Source: Myxococcota bacterium (lineage in GTDB: Bacteria; Myxococcota_A; UBA796; SXON01). From it: 64,000 bases of DNA. Under the pieces are notes generated by a model. It ran no database searches, had not been told where the DNA came from, and saw only the letters and a list, made by a program, of their open reading frames with translations. Below, one piece after another: positions 1-8,454 of the stretch (position 1 is the stretch's first letter; the number at the start of each line of letters is the position of its first letter). The stretch spans positions 64,001 through 128,000 of the forward strand of contig JAZKFH010000013.1 in NCBI GenBank assembly GCA_040386535.1, given 5' to 3'. A program made the position numbers and the translations under genes.

Positions 1-109
1 TGCAGCTCCGGGCCGGGGGATGCCTCCCACATCTCGGTCGCGGTGGAGTAGCTCCCGGTCGGTGGACAACCAGTAGCCACCGACGCGCTGCCGACGATAG
101 GAGGCGGGG

Positions 110-871
110 ATGGAAGAAGCGCTTCGACGCGACATCGCCGCCGTGTGCCTCAAGGTCGCGGCCCGCGGCTGGGTGGCGAACCACGACGGCAACGCGAGCG
201 CCCGGCTTCGCCAGGACTCCGGCGGGGAGCGCTTCGTCGCGAGCCCCACCGCCGTGCACAAGGGTGACGTGCGGGCAGAGATGGCCGTGGTCCTCGACGC
301 CGACGGCAAGGTCATCGCCGGCGAGCGCAAGGTGTTCAGCGAGATCGCGCTGCACCTCGCGTGCTACCGCGCGCGCGCCGACATCGGGTTCGTGCTGCAC
401 GCGCACCCGCCCACCGCTACCGGCTGGGCAGTCGCCGGCGAGAGCTTCTTCGACCCTCCGTTCCTCGCCGAGCCGGTCGTTACCCTCGGGGAGTCCATCC
501 CGTTGGTGCCCTACGCCGCGCCGGGGGGCTCCACCACGGAGCTCGAGGCCGCCATCACGCGCTGCGATGCCGTGCTGCTCGGCAACCACGGCGTGCTCAC
601 CGTCGGAAAGGACGCCGAGCAGGCTTTCCTGCGCATGGAGCTCGTCGAGCACCTCGCCCGCATCGCGCTCGTGGCGCGGCAGGTGGGCGGTGCGCGCGCC
701 ATCCCCCGGGAGGATGTCGAGAAGCTCCTCGCCGCCCGCGCCAAGGCTGGCCTCGCACCCCGACCCGCCGGGGAGTCGGCTTCAGTCGAGTCGAGCTGCG
801 CGCCCGCGGGCGCGTCGTCCCGCCCGGACGTGTCCTCGGTGGTCCGCGACGCGCTCAAGCGGCTCGGGTAG
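110..871 (+). CDS. Class II aldolase/adducin family protein (fuculose-phosphate aldolase-like) with C-terminal amphipathic tail
   Basis: DGNASAR, SPT, SEIALH, HAHPP and LGNHG motifs of Zn-dependent class II aldolases; GGAGG RBS upstream; Pro/Ser/Ala linker then PDVSSVVRDALKRLG. Confidence 0.9.
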   Translation: MEEALRRDIAAVCLKVAARGWVANHDGNASARLRQDSGGERFVASPTAVHKGDVRAEMAVVLDADGKVIAGERKVFSEIALHLACYRARADIGFVLHAHPPTATGWAVAGESFFDPPFLAEPVVTLGESIPLVPYAAPGGSTTELEAAITRCDAVLLGNHGVLTVGKDAEQAFLRMELVEHLARIALVARQVGGARAIPREDVEKLLAARAKAGLAPRPAGESASVESSCAPAGASSRPDVSSVVRDALKRLG

Positions 872-886
872 GGCCGCCCCCGCCGT

Positions 887-1543
887 TCAGAAGCGCAGCC
901 CGACCTCGGCCGCCAGCTTCGGGGTGCCTCGCACGAGCGACCACATCCCGACGCCCTGGACGTACCAGCGGTCGGGAGCGTAGCGCCACGTCACCCCTGG
1001 CGAGAACAGCGACTCGACGCCGAAGCGCAGGCTGTGGCGGGCTCCCAGGCGTACGCCGAGGCCGAAGGAGGAGCCCACGAGCGGCACGTGGAGCGGGTTC
1101 ACGAGGGGGTTGACGCTGGTGGCCACGAGGGGGAGCGACGCGTCGAAGCGGAAGGTCTCGCCGCCACCCTCCAGCGCGACGCCGACCCCGGCGCCGAGCG
1201 CGCCCGCCGCGTCCACGGGGGCCAAGGTGACGAGGTCGTCATCCACGGCGCCGAACACGAAGGGCGCGAAGCGGAACGTGTCGGTCTGGACGACGTTGTA
1301 GCGCAGCCCGAGCAGCAGCCCGCCCAGGGGCTCCATCAGGCCACCGGAGATTGCGAGGCGATCGGTGATGCCGACGGCGCCGCGCAAGGTGGCCGCCACG
1401 CCGGGCGTCTCGCCGCCGGTGACGACGGCGCCGATCGCGACCTGGCCGGACCCGGGGGGCTGGGCCACCGCGGTCGGCATCACGAGCGTCGGCACCAGCT
1501 CGGCGGCGAGCGCCGGTGCCGTGAGGAGAAGCGCGAGCAGCGT
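887..1543 (-). CDS. Hypothetical small outer-membrane beta-barrel-like protein (start uncertain)
   Basis: Alternating hydrophobic beta-strand pattern and C-terminal ...AEVGLRF. ORF track starts at GTG 1495, but the frame is open from 1543 and encodes a signal-peptide-like TLLALLLTAPALA-AE. Confidence 0.6.
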   Translation of the reverse strand, partial: TLLALLLTAPALAAELVPTLVMPTAVAQPPGSGQVAIGAVVTGGETPGVAATLRGAVGITDRLAISGGLMEPLGGLLLGLRYNVVQTDTFRFAPFVFGAVDDDLVTLAPVDAAGALGAGVGVALEGGGETFRFDASLPLVATSVNPLVNPLHVPLVGSSFGLGVRLGARHSLRFGVESLFSPGVTWRYAPDRWYVQGVGMWSLVRGTPKLAAEVGLRF

Positions 1544-2371
1544 CTACGCCGAGGGCCGACGCCGCGCGGCCAACGAGAGGAGGCCGAACGCCAACAGCGC
1601 GTACATGCCGCCGTCGGACCCGGTGCTGGCGCACCCGCAGCCGCTGCTCCCACCGTCATCCCCGCCGTCGTCCCCCGCTACGACCCGCACGCTGTCGGGC
1701 GAGGACGTGTCCACGCCGTCCGACACGGTCAGCGTGATCTCGTAGGTGCCGGCCACGTCCGCGGTGAACCGGGGGGTGGCGGAGGTGGACGACGAGAGGG
1801 TCGCGGAGGAGCCGGACGGGCGTGTGACCATCGACCAGGCGAACTGGAGCGGGTCGGTCTCGGGGTCCGACGAAGAGGAGCCGTTCAGGTTCACCGAGAC
1901 GCCGACGTCGACGGTCTGATCGGGCCCGGCATTGGCGACGGGCGAGCCGTTGTTCTCCGTGGCGGTGATCTCGACCGTGTCCTCGTCGCTGTCGAGCGCG
2001 CCGTCGCTCACGATGAGGCCGATGACGTAGCGGCCGGCCGTGTCGGGGATGAGCTGGGGGCCCGGCATGTCGGCGTCGACCAGCGTGGCGGAGGACGCGC
2101 TCGGCTGCGTGACGATGCGCCACGTGTAGTCGAGGGGATCCTCGTCGGGGTCGAAGGAGCCGGCGCCGTCGAGCGAGACGACCACGCCCACGCTCCCGTC
2201 GTCATCCGCGCCGGCGTCCGCTACGGGGGCCTGGTTCCCGTCCACCGCGCTGTCGAGGGGATCGCCGCTGTCGAGCGGCACGCCGCTGTCGAGGTTGCGG
2301 CCCTCGCCGTCCTTGCGGTCGGGGTTGGACTCGAGGCCGAAGCAGCCGCTCAACAGGAGTAGGAGGGTCAC
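1544..2371 (-). CDS. PKD/REJ-like repeat lipoprotein with MYXO-CTERM-type C-terminus
   Basis: GTG 2371 gives (M)TLLLLLSG-C lipobox; two N.APVA.AG.D...LDG..S.DP..D.L...W PKD-like repeats; C-terminal GCGC, TM helix, RRR. Confidence 0.8.
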   Translation of the reverse strand: MTLLLLLSGCFGLESNPDRKDGEGRNLDSGVPLDSGDPLDSAVDGNQAPVADAGADDDGSVGVVVSLDGAGSFDPDEDPLDYTWRIVTQPSASSATLVDADMPGPQLIPDTAGRYVIGLIVSDGALDSDEDTVEITATENNGSPVANAGPDQTVDVGVSVNLNGSSSSDPETDPLQFAWSMVTRPSGSSATLSSSTSATPRFTADVAGTYEITLTVSDGVDTSSPDSVRVVAGDDGGDDGGSSGCGCASTGSDGGMYALLAFGLLSLAARRRPSA

Positions 2372-2449
2372 GGGGGCACGATACCGAAGCGGGAGGTCCA
2401 TGGCCAGTGTTCTTGTAGGGTCAGGGCTTCGTGGGGGTCAGGGCCGTCG

Positions 2450-4372
2450 TCACGGCAGGCTCCCCGGCCGCGCCCGCCCGCTCACGAGCGCCTCGGCGCC
2501 GAGCAGCGCGCAGCCGATGTGCTGCACGGCGTCGATCTGCACGTCGAGCGCGCCCACGGTGTCGCGAAAGCCGCCCAGCAGCGCCTCGGGCCGGCCGAGC
2601 AGCGGCGCGTCGGCGGCGCGGTACTGCGCGGCCAGGAACACGCGGCCCCACGCCACCGCGGCCTCCACGAGCTCGGGATCGCGGGTGTCCCAGGCCTGCG
2701 CGATCACCGCTTCGGCGCCCCCCGCGCCCGGCCCGGTGGCGGGCCCGATCCCACCCCCGGCGGTGGGCGCGCCCCACCGCTCCGTCGCGACGTAGGCGGC
2801 GCAGATCCCGCTGCCCGCGGACACCCCCCGCACGTCTCGGATCGCGCGGGCGGCGAGGCAGGTCCAGTGTTCGTCGCCGGTCGCCGCGGGGTTCGCGGAG
2901 CCCATGTAGTCGCCCGACTCGAGGTACCGGATGGCGCGATCGAGCGCGGCCTTGCCCTCGGTGCGGCCCACCCGTTCGGCGGCCGCGAGCGCGAGCATGG
3001 CCTGCCCCTGCCCGTAGGCGTTCGCGTGCTGGTCGGGGAACGTGCCGTCCGAGACCCGCATGTCGCCGCGCACCTTGCCGGTGGCGTCCACCGACGCCGC
3101 GAGCTGGCGCACGTACGCGAGGAGGAGGGGATCGTTGGCGCGGCGCACGGTGAGGGCCAGCGTGCCGAGCGCGGTGGTGCCGATCCACGCCTTTCCGTCG
3201 TCGCGCGCGGGGTCCAGGACGTAGGCGCGGCCGTCGGCGGTGCGGCCGCTCATCGTGTCGAGGTGGGCGAGCGCGGCGTCGGCCGCGGCGGCCGCGGTCG
3301 TTTCCCCGGTGGCGGCCCAGGCGCGCGCGAGGAACCAGGCGGTGCCGGCGTGACGCGGGTAGTTGTAGCCCTGGCCGGCGTCTCCGCTGGGGCCCTTGAC
3401 GATGTAGGTGAAGCGGCCGTCCGCGGCCTGCCCGCGCGCGAGGTGCGCGACGGCGGCGTGGATGGCGGTGTCGACCGCGGCGGTGTCGAAGGTGTCGGGG
3501 CCGGGGGCCCAACCACGGTCGAGCTCGACCACGCCATCCGCCGACACGAGCGCCGAGCGCCACCGGGTGGTCGCGGCGCGCGCGGTCGGAACGAAGAACC
3601 CGGGGAGGACCTCGGCGCGCGCGAGGGAGCGCGCCAGCACCGCGGGGGACCGCGCGTCACCGGCGAGCGGAGCGTCGGTGCCGAGCCGGGCGAGGGACGC
3701 GGGGAGGTCGTGCTCGGCGATGTCGACGAGGAGCGCGTCGCGTGCGCCCGGCGCGCGGGACAGGGTTGACGGGAGGCCCTCGGTGAGCATCGCGCCCGTC
3801 AGGGTCACCGGATCGCCCGGGACGCCCGCCCGCAGGGGGGTGACGCGGACCTGCGCGTCCGCGGCGAGCGGGAGGGACGCGAGCGTGTCGGCCTTGGACC
3901 ACCGGCCCCACAAGCCCTGCGCCACGTCCGCGACGCGGTCGCTGTCGGGGTGGGTGGGGGAGGGGAGGAAGCCACCGAGCCCGGGCAGGAGCGCGAGCGG
4001 GACCACCGCCGCCACCTTGCCGACGCCGGCCGCCCGCGTCTGCCACAGCCGGGTCAGCGGGAAGGCGAGCACCCACGGCAGCGCCAGGACCGAGCCACCG
4101 AGCAGGTTGAGCGCCTGCTGCCCCGTCATCGGGCCGAACACGCGCTCCACGTGGAGGGCCACCGCCGCGAAGCGCCCGTACACGCCGAGCACCAGCACGA
4201 GGGTGACGAGGTGGATCCACGGCTCCCACCGGGGGCGCCGCGCGAGGCCGAGCAGTTGGACGCCCGCCGCCGCCGCGATCAGCCCCGCGTCTACGCTCCA
4301 GCGGTGCGAGAGCTCCCAGGCAGCGCCCGCGTAGACGACCGCCTGGAGCAGGTGCAGGAGCGAGAGCATCAT
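2450..4372 (-). CDS. Membrane protein: N-terminal TM bundle plus C-terminal helical-repeat (alpha/alpha-barrel-like) domain
   Basis: About 5 N-terminal hydrophobic helices; soluble domain with Q..DGRF.Y, YNYPRHAG and C-terminal GGFR...QIDAVQH motifs. Confidence 0.65.
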   Translation of the reverse strand: MMLSLLHLLQAVVYAGAAWELSHRWSVDAGLIAAAAGVQLLGLARRPRWEPWIHLVTLVLVLGVYGRFAAVALHVERVFGPMTGQQALNLLGGSVLALPWVLAFPLTRLWQTRAAGVGKVAAVVPLALLPGLGGFLPSPTHPDSDRVADVAQGLWGRWSKADTLASLPLAADAQVRVTPLRAGVPGDPVTLTGAMLTEGLPSTLSRAPGARDALLVDIAEHDLPASLARLGTDAPLAGDARSPAVLARSLARAEVLPGFFVPTARAATTRWRSALVSADGVVELDRGWAPGPDTFDTAAVDTAIHAAVAHLARGQAADGRFTYIVKGPSGDAGQGYNYPRHAGTAWFLARAWAATGETTAAAAADAALAHLDTMSGRTADGRAYVLDPARDDGKAWIGTTALGTLALTVRRANDPLLLAYVRQLAASVDATGKVRGDMRVSDGTFPDQHANAYGQGQAMLALAAAERVGRTEGKAALDRAIRYLESGDYMGSANPAATGDEHWTCLAARAIRDVRGVSAGSGICAAYVATERWGAPTAGGGIGPATGPGAGGAEAVIAQAWDTRDPELVEAAVAWGRVFLAAQYRAADAPLLGRPEALLGGFRDTVGALDVQIDAVQHIGCALLGAEALVSGRARPGSLP

Positions 4373-4379
4373 CCGCGGA

Positions 4380-6371
4380 TCAGAACTCGAAGACCGTGCC
4401 CGCGGAGATCTGCGGGATGACCCCGAAGTTCTCGACGTCCTTCTGCATCTGGTCGAACTTCTCGCCCCAGATGATGCCGACGGACAGGTTCAGGTTCAGC
4501 CCGAAGTTGTCGGCCACCATGAAGTCGGCCCCGGCGCGGCCGCGCGCGCCGAGCGCGAGATCGAAGGTCTTGGTGTAGGGCGTGAGGGTCAGGTCGAGCC
4601 CGCCGTACGGCCGCACCGCGTTCTTCGAGCTCTTGTAGAGCACCCCGAGGTTGATCGGCAGGATGGTCTGCCAGGGGTTCGGGTCGATCTCGCTCGCGTC
4701 GACACCCTGCTCGATCGCCAGCTGCTCGACGACCTTGTCCGAGTACTGGCGCTGGGTCGAGAACCCTTCGATGCCGGCGATGATCTGCACCACCGGCGCC
4801 ACCGGGATGGAGAGCTCGGCGCCGTAGGTCACGAAGTTGAACTCGAAGAAGCGCGAGTAGCCGCCGCGCGCGGCGAGGCCGATGCCGGGCTTCTGGTCCT
4901 CCTGCTCGATGCGGGTGCTGGAGCGGCTGCTGCTGCCGCGGCCGCTGTCCAAACTGGAGCGGCTCGACGCGCCCGAGGTGCTGGAGCGGCTGCTCGACGA
5001 GCGGCTGGCCGAGCTGGAGCGAGACGGGCGCTCGTCCTCGTCCTCGTCGAAGTCGCGGGAGCGGGACATGGAGGCGGGCTCGTCTTCCTCATCCTCGTCG
5101 AATTCGCGCGCGGCCTCTTCCTCCTCCTCATCGAGGCTGGCGAGCTCGGCGTCCTCCTCCTCGGGCTCGTCGAGATCCCGGGATGCGGTGCGGCTGGACG
5201 AGCTGGTCGACCGGGACGACGAGCTGGAGCGGCTCGCGACGGGCGCGGGCGCTTCCTCCTCTTCTTCCTCCTCGGTCCCTTCGGTCTCCATCTCCATCAG
5301 GCCCACCGAGGAGCCGAACGAGAAGTCCTCGTCGTCACCGGAGGCGGTCGCTTCCGGCTCCTCCTCCTCTTCGGCGGCCTCGGCGGCCTCCGCGGCGTCC
5401 CGCGCACGACGCGCCGCCTCGGCCTTCTCCCGGGCAGCCTGGCGCGCCGCCTCTTCGGCCTCTTCCTCTTCGCGGGCAAGGCGCTCGGCGTCCTCACGGG
5501 CGCGGCGCTCCGCGTCGGCCTTCGCCTTCGCCTTGGCCTCGGCCTCCGCCTTGGCCTTCGCGCGCGCTTCGGCTTCCGCCTTGGCGGCCGCGTCGGCCTT
5601 GGCCTTCGCGGCGGCATCGGACCTCGCCTTGGCGGCGGCGGCGGCCTTGGCTTCGGCCGCGTCAGCCTCGCTCGTGTCGTCGGACTCGGAGTCCTCCTCG
5701 TCGTCCGAGAGCTCGCGCGGCTTGGAGTTCGAGGTGGTGTCGATGCGCGTCTTGGTGACGGGGCCGTCGGTCGAGCCCGACTTCGAGGTCGACGTGGTCG
5801 ACTTCGACTTCGAGGGGGCCGGCGCGTCGTCCTCTTCGAACGCGAAGCCGTCGTCCTCGTCCTCCTCGAAGGAGGGGAGCGGCGCGGCGGCGGCGGCGGT
5901 GGCCGCGGGCGTCTGGCCGGACACCATCTGCTTCACCCACTTGCCGGCGTTGTCGGCGAGCGAGGCCGGATCACCCGGCACGTCGAACGTGGCCTTGCTC
6001 CGGATGGTGTTCTTGCCTGCGTCGTAGAGGACCAGGGACACCAGGATGCCCTTGCCGCCCGGCGCGATGCTGCCGGTGAGCACGGAGTCCACGCCGGCGC
6101 TCTTGGCGATCGCGCCGAGGCAGCTGGTCGACGTCAGGCACTTGTCGTTGAGGGTCGACGGGGCTGCGGGCAGCTCCGTCACCGTCTCGAACGCGCCCGA
6201 GAAGTCGAGCTCGGAGCTCAACAACCCGGTGACGGCGCCGGTCACCTTGGCGTCTACACCTTTGGCGACCAGCGGGGTGACCACGGCGGTGGCAGCCGAC
6301 GCGAAGCCGGGCGCGAACAGCGCGAGGAGGAGGGGAGCGATGCGGGAGGCGCGGGGAGCGCGGCGCGACAT
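4380..6371 (-). CDS. Secreted protein: N-terminal globular domain, long acidic/TolA-like linker, C-terminal small beta-barrel
   Basis: ATG 6371 with GAGG RBS; signal peptide ending FASA-A; CLTSTSCLGAIA...VLTGSI domain; KAKAEAEA coil and poly-E/D/S tracts; C-terminal beta strands ending TVFEF. Confidence 0.75.
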   Translation of the reverse strand: MSRRAPRASRIAPLLLALFAPGFASAATAVVTPLVAKGVDAKVTGAVTGLLSSELDFSGAFETVTELPAAPSTLNDKCLTSTSCLGAIAKSAGVDSVLTGSIAPGGKGILVSLVLYDAGKNTIRSKATFDVPGDPASLADNAGKWVKQMVSGQTPAATAAAAAPLPSFEEDEDDGFAFEEDDAPAPSKSKSTTSTSKSGSTDGPVTKTRIDTTSNSKPRELSDDEEDSESDDTSEADAAEAKAAAAAKARSDAAAKAKADAAAKAEAEARAKAKAEAEAKAKAKADAERRAREDAERLAREEEEAEEAARQAAREKAEAARRARDAAEAAEAAEEEEEPEATASGDDEDFSFGSSVGLMEMETEGTEEEEEEEAPAPVASRSSSSSRSTSSSSRTASRDLDEPEEEDAELASLDEEEEEAAREFDEDEEDEPASMSRSRDFDEDEDERPSRSSSASRSSSSRSSTSGASSRSSLDSGRGSSSRSSTRIEQEDQKPGIGLAARGGYSRFFEFNFVTYGAELSIPVAPVVQIIAGIEGFSTQRQYSDKVVEQLAIEQGVDASEIDPNPWQTILPINLGVLYKSSKNAVRPYGGLDLTLTPYTKTFDLALGARGRAGADFMVADNFGLNLNLSVGIIWGEKFDQMQKDVENFGVIPQISAGTVFEF

Positions 6372-6522
6372 GGGAACCTCGAAGCCCGGAAAGGCCCAAC
6401 CCTGGGCTGGGACAAACGATAAGCATGCCACAGTCGGGCAGACAATGCACGACCCAGCTACACCTACTTCAGGGCCGCCTACTTCAGTGGAACCGCTCGT
6501 GCAAAAGGCATAAGGGGCCCCG

Positions 6523-8454
6523 ATGAACGAGCAGCCCCCCCGCCGGCTTACGGGCCTCGCGATCCTCGGCGCCGCGGCGGGCGCGGGCGCCCTCTTCGGC
6601 GGCGCCGAGGCCGCGCGTGTCGTCGTCGGCGAGCGCCTCCTGCTCGGCGACATCGAGGTCGTGGCGCTGCTCGGCCTCGGCGCGCTCGGCGGCGCCGCGC
6701 TCTCCGGGCTGGGCGCCCTCCCGCTCGCGGCCCTCCAGGTGTGGGTCCTCCCCCCGCGCCCGCTCGGTCGCGCCCGCTGGCTCGGCTTCGTCTGGGGGTT
6801 TCTCGTGCCGATCGTCGGCGCGGCCGGCGTCTCCTGGTTCACCGACCCGCCGCCCTTCACCGAGCCGTACCCGTTCCAGGGCAACATCGCGGTGTTCGCC
6901 GCGCTGATCCTCGTGGTCGGCGTGCTCTTCGGCGTCGTGTACCAGGGCGCGCGCGGGGCCCGCGCCGTCTCAGGCGCCGCGCTCTCGCTCGCGGTGGGTG
7001 TCGCCGCGTGGGTGTACGCCGCGGTGGATCCGCCCCCGGCCCCGTCCAAGGCGCTCCCGGCGGGCGCACCCAACGTCCTGCTCGTCACGTTGGACACGAC
7101 GCGGGCCGACCGCGTGGGCGCCTACGGGAACGACACCGTGCAGACCCGCGCGTTCGACGCGCTCGCGGCCGAGGGAGCCTTGTTCACCGCCGCCTCCGCC
7201 GTCGCGCCGGTCACCGGCCCGAGCCACGCGAGCATGCTCACGGGGCGCGGCCCGTGGGACCACGGCGTCCTGCTCAACGGCGTGCCGCTCCCTGAGGCGC
7301 CGCTCCTGGCCGAGCTCCTGCACGACCGCGGCTACGCCACCGGCGCCTTCGTGAGCGCCTACGTGCTCGACGGCGAGCTCGGCTTCGCGCGCGGCTTCGA
7401 GGTGTACGACGACGACTTCGGGTGGCTCCCCGGCGTCAGCGCGCTCCTGCCCGCGCGCCTCCTCGCCATGGCCCGCCGCCACGCCGATCCCGACGAGGTG
7501 CTCGAGCGCCGCGGCGCCGACACGGTCGACCAGGCGCTCGCGTGGATGGGCCAGCGCGGCGCTCCCGACGGTGGTGGCGCCTGGTTCTTGTGGGTCCACC
7601 TCTTCGATCCGCACGGGCCCTACGCGCCGCCGCCCCCGTACGACACGCTCTACTACCAGGGCGACGCGCGGGACCCCGCCAACACCTCGATGGCGCCCGT
7701 GCAGAACGTGGCGCCCTACCTGAAGAAGAGCCTCGCGGGCGTCACCGATCTGAAGTACGTGCTCGCGCAGTACGACGGCGAGGTGTCCTACGCGGACGCC
7801 CAGCTGGCGCGGCTGCTCGCGGCGGTGGACGAGCAGAACACGCTCGTGGCCGTGATGGGCGACCACGGCGAGTCCTTCGGCGAGCACGGTGTCTGGTTCA
7901 ACCACGGGGATGACGTGTACGAGTCCAGCGTGCACGTGCCCTTCGTGTTGCGGTGGCCCGGCCGGGTGCCGGTCACCCGGGTCAGCAGCCCCGTCGAGGG
8001 CACGGATCTGACGCCGACGATCCTCGATCTCGTGGGGATCCCCGCCGTCGCGGGCATGACCGGGCAGAGCGTGGTCCCGACGATGGCGGGCGGCGCCGGC
8101 CGGGCCATGGCCCACGCGATGTGTTTCGACCGTGTCGCCAACCTCGCGGCGCGGCAGGCGGGCACGATCACCGGGCCGAAGTACCGCATGGCCAGCCTCC
8201 GGGGGCCGGCGAGCCGGTTCGTGGCCCGCGAGGTCGACGGGACCGCCTCCTACTTCGACCTCGCCGCCGATCCGCTCGGCGTGGCCGACGTGCGCGGCAC
8301 CGTCGCCACCTCCCCCGAGGGCGGCGAGCTCCTCTCCCTGCTCCAGGACCGGGCGAACGCATTGTTCACCGGCAGCGACACCTCCCGCAGCGCCGTCGAT
8401 CTCGCCGAAGAGGAGCGTTTGCGCCTCGAGGCGCTCGGCTACATGGAGCAATAG
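6523..8454 (+). CDS. Membrane-anchored sulfatase-like (alkaline phosphatase superfamily) protein with Thr at the nucleophile position
   Basis: 5 N-terminal TM helices; PNVLLVTLDTTRAD, VTGPSHASMLTG, HLFDPHGPY and GDHGE motifs; ends RLEALGYMEQ. Confidence 0.85.
   Translation: MNEQPPRRLTGLAILGAAAGAGALFGGAEAARVVVGERLLLGDIEVVALLGLGALGGAALSGLGALPLAALQVWVLPPRPLGRARWLGFVWGFLVPIVGAAGVSWFTDPPPFTEPYPFQGNIAVFAALILVVGVLFGVVYQGARGARAVSGAALSLAVGVAAWVYAAVDPPPAPSKALPAGAPNVLLVTLDTTRADRVGAYGNDTVQTRAFDALAAEGALFTAASAVAPVTGPSHASMLTGRGPWDHGVLLNGVPLPEAPLLAELLHDRGYATGAFVSAYVLDGELGFARGFEVYDDDFGWLPGVSALLPARLLAMARRHADPDEVLERRGADTVDQALAWMGQRGAPDGGGAWFLWVHLFDPHGPYAPPPPYDTLYYQGDARDPANTSMAPVQNVAPYLKKSLAGVTDLKYVLAQYDGEVSYADAQLARLLAAVDEQNTLVAVMGDHGESFGEHGVWFNHGDDVYESSVHVPFVLRWPGRVPVTRVSSPVEGTDLTPTILDLVGIPAVAGMTGQSVVPTMAGGAGRAMAHAMCFDRVANLAARQAGTITGPKYRMASLRGPASRFVAREVDGTASYFDLAADPLGVADVRGTVATSPEGGELLSLLQDRANALFTGSDTSRSAVDLAEEERLRLEALGYMEQ

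Noticed and set aside
1..109. Possible gene fragment at the window start
   Set aside because: Too short to assign a frame or product.
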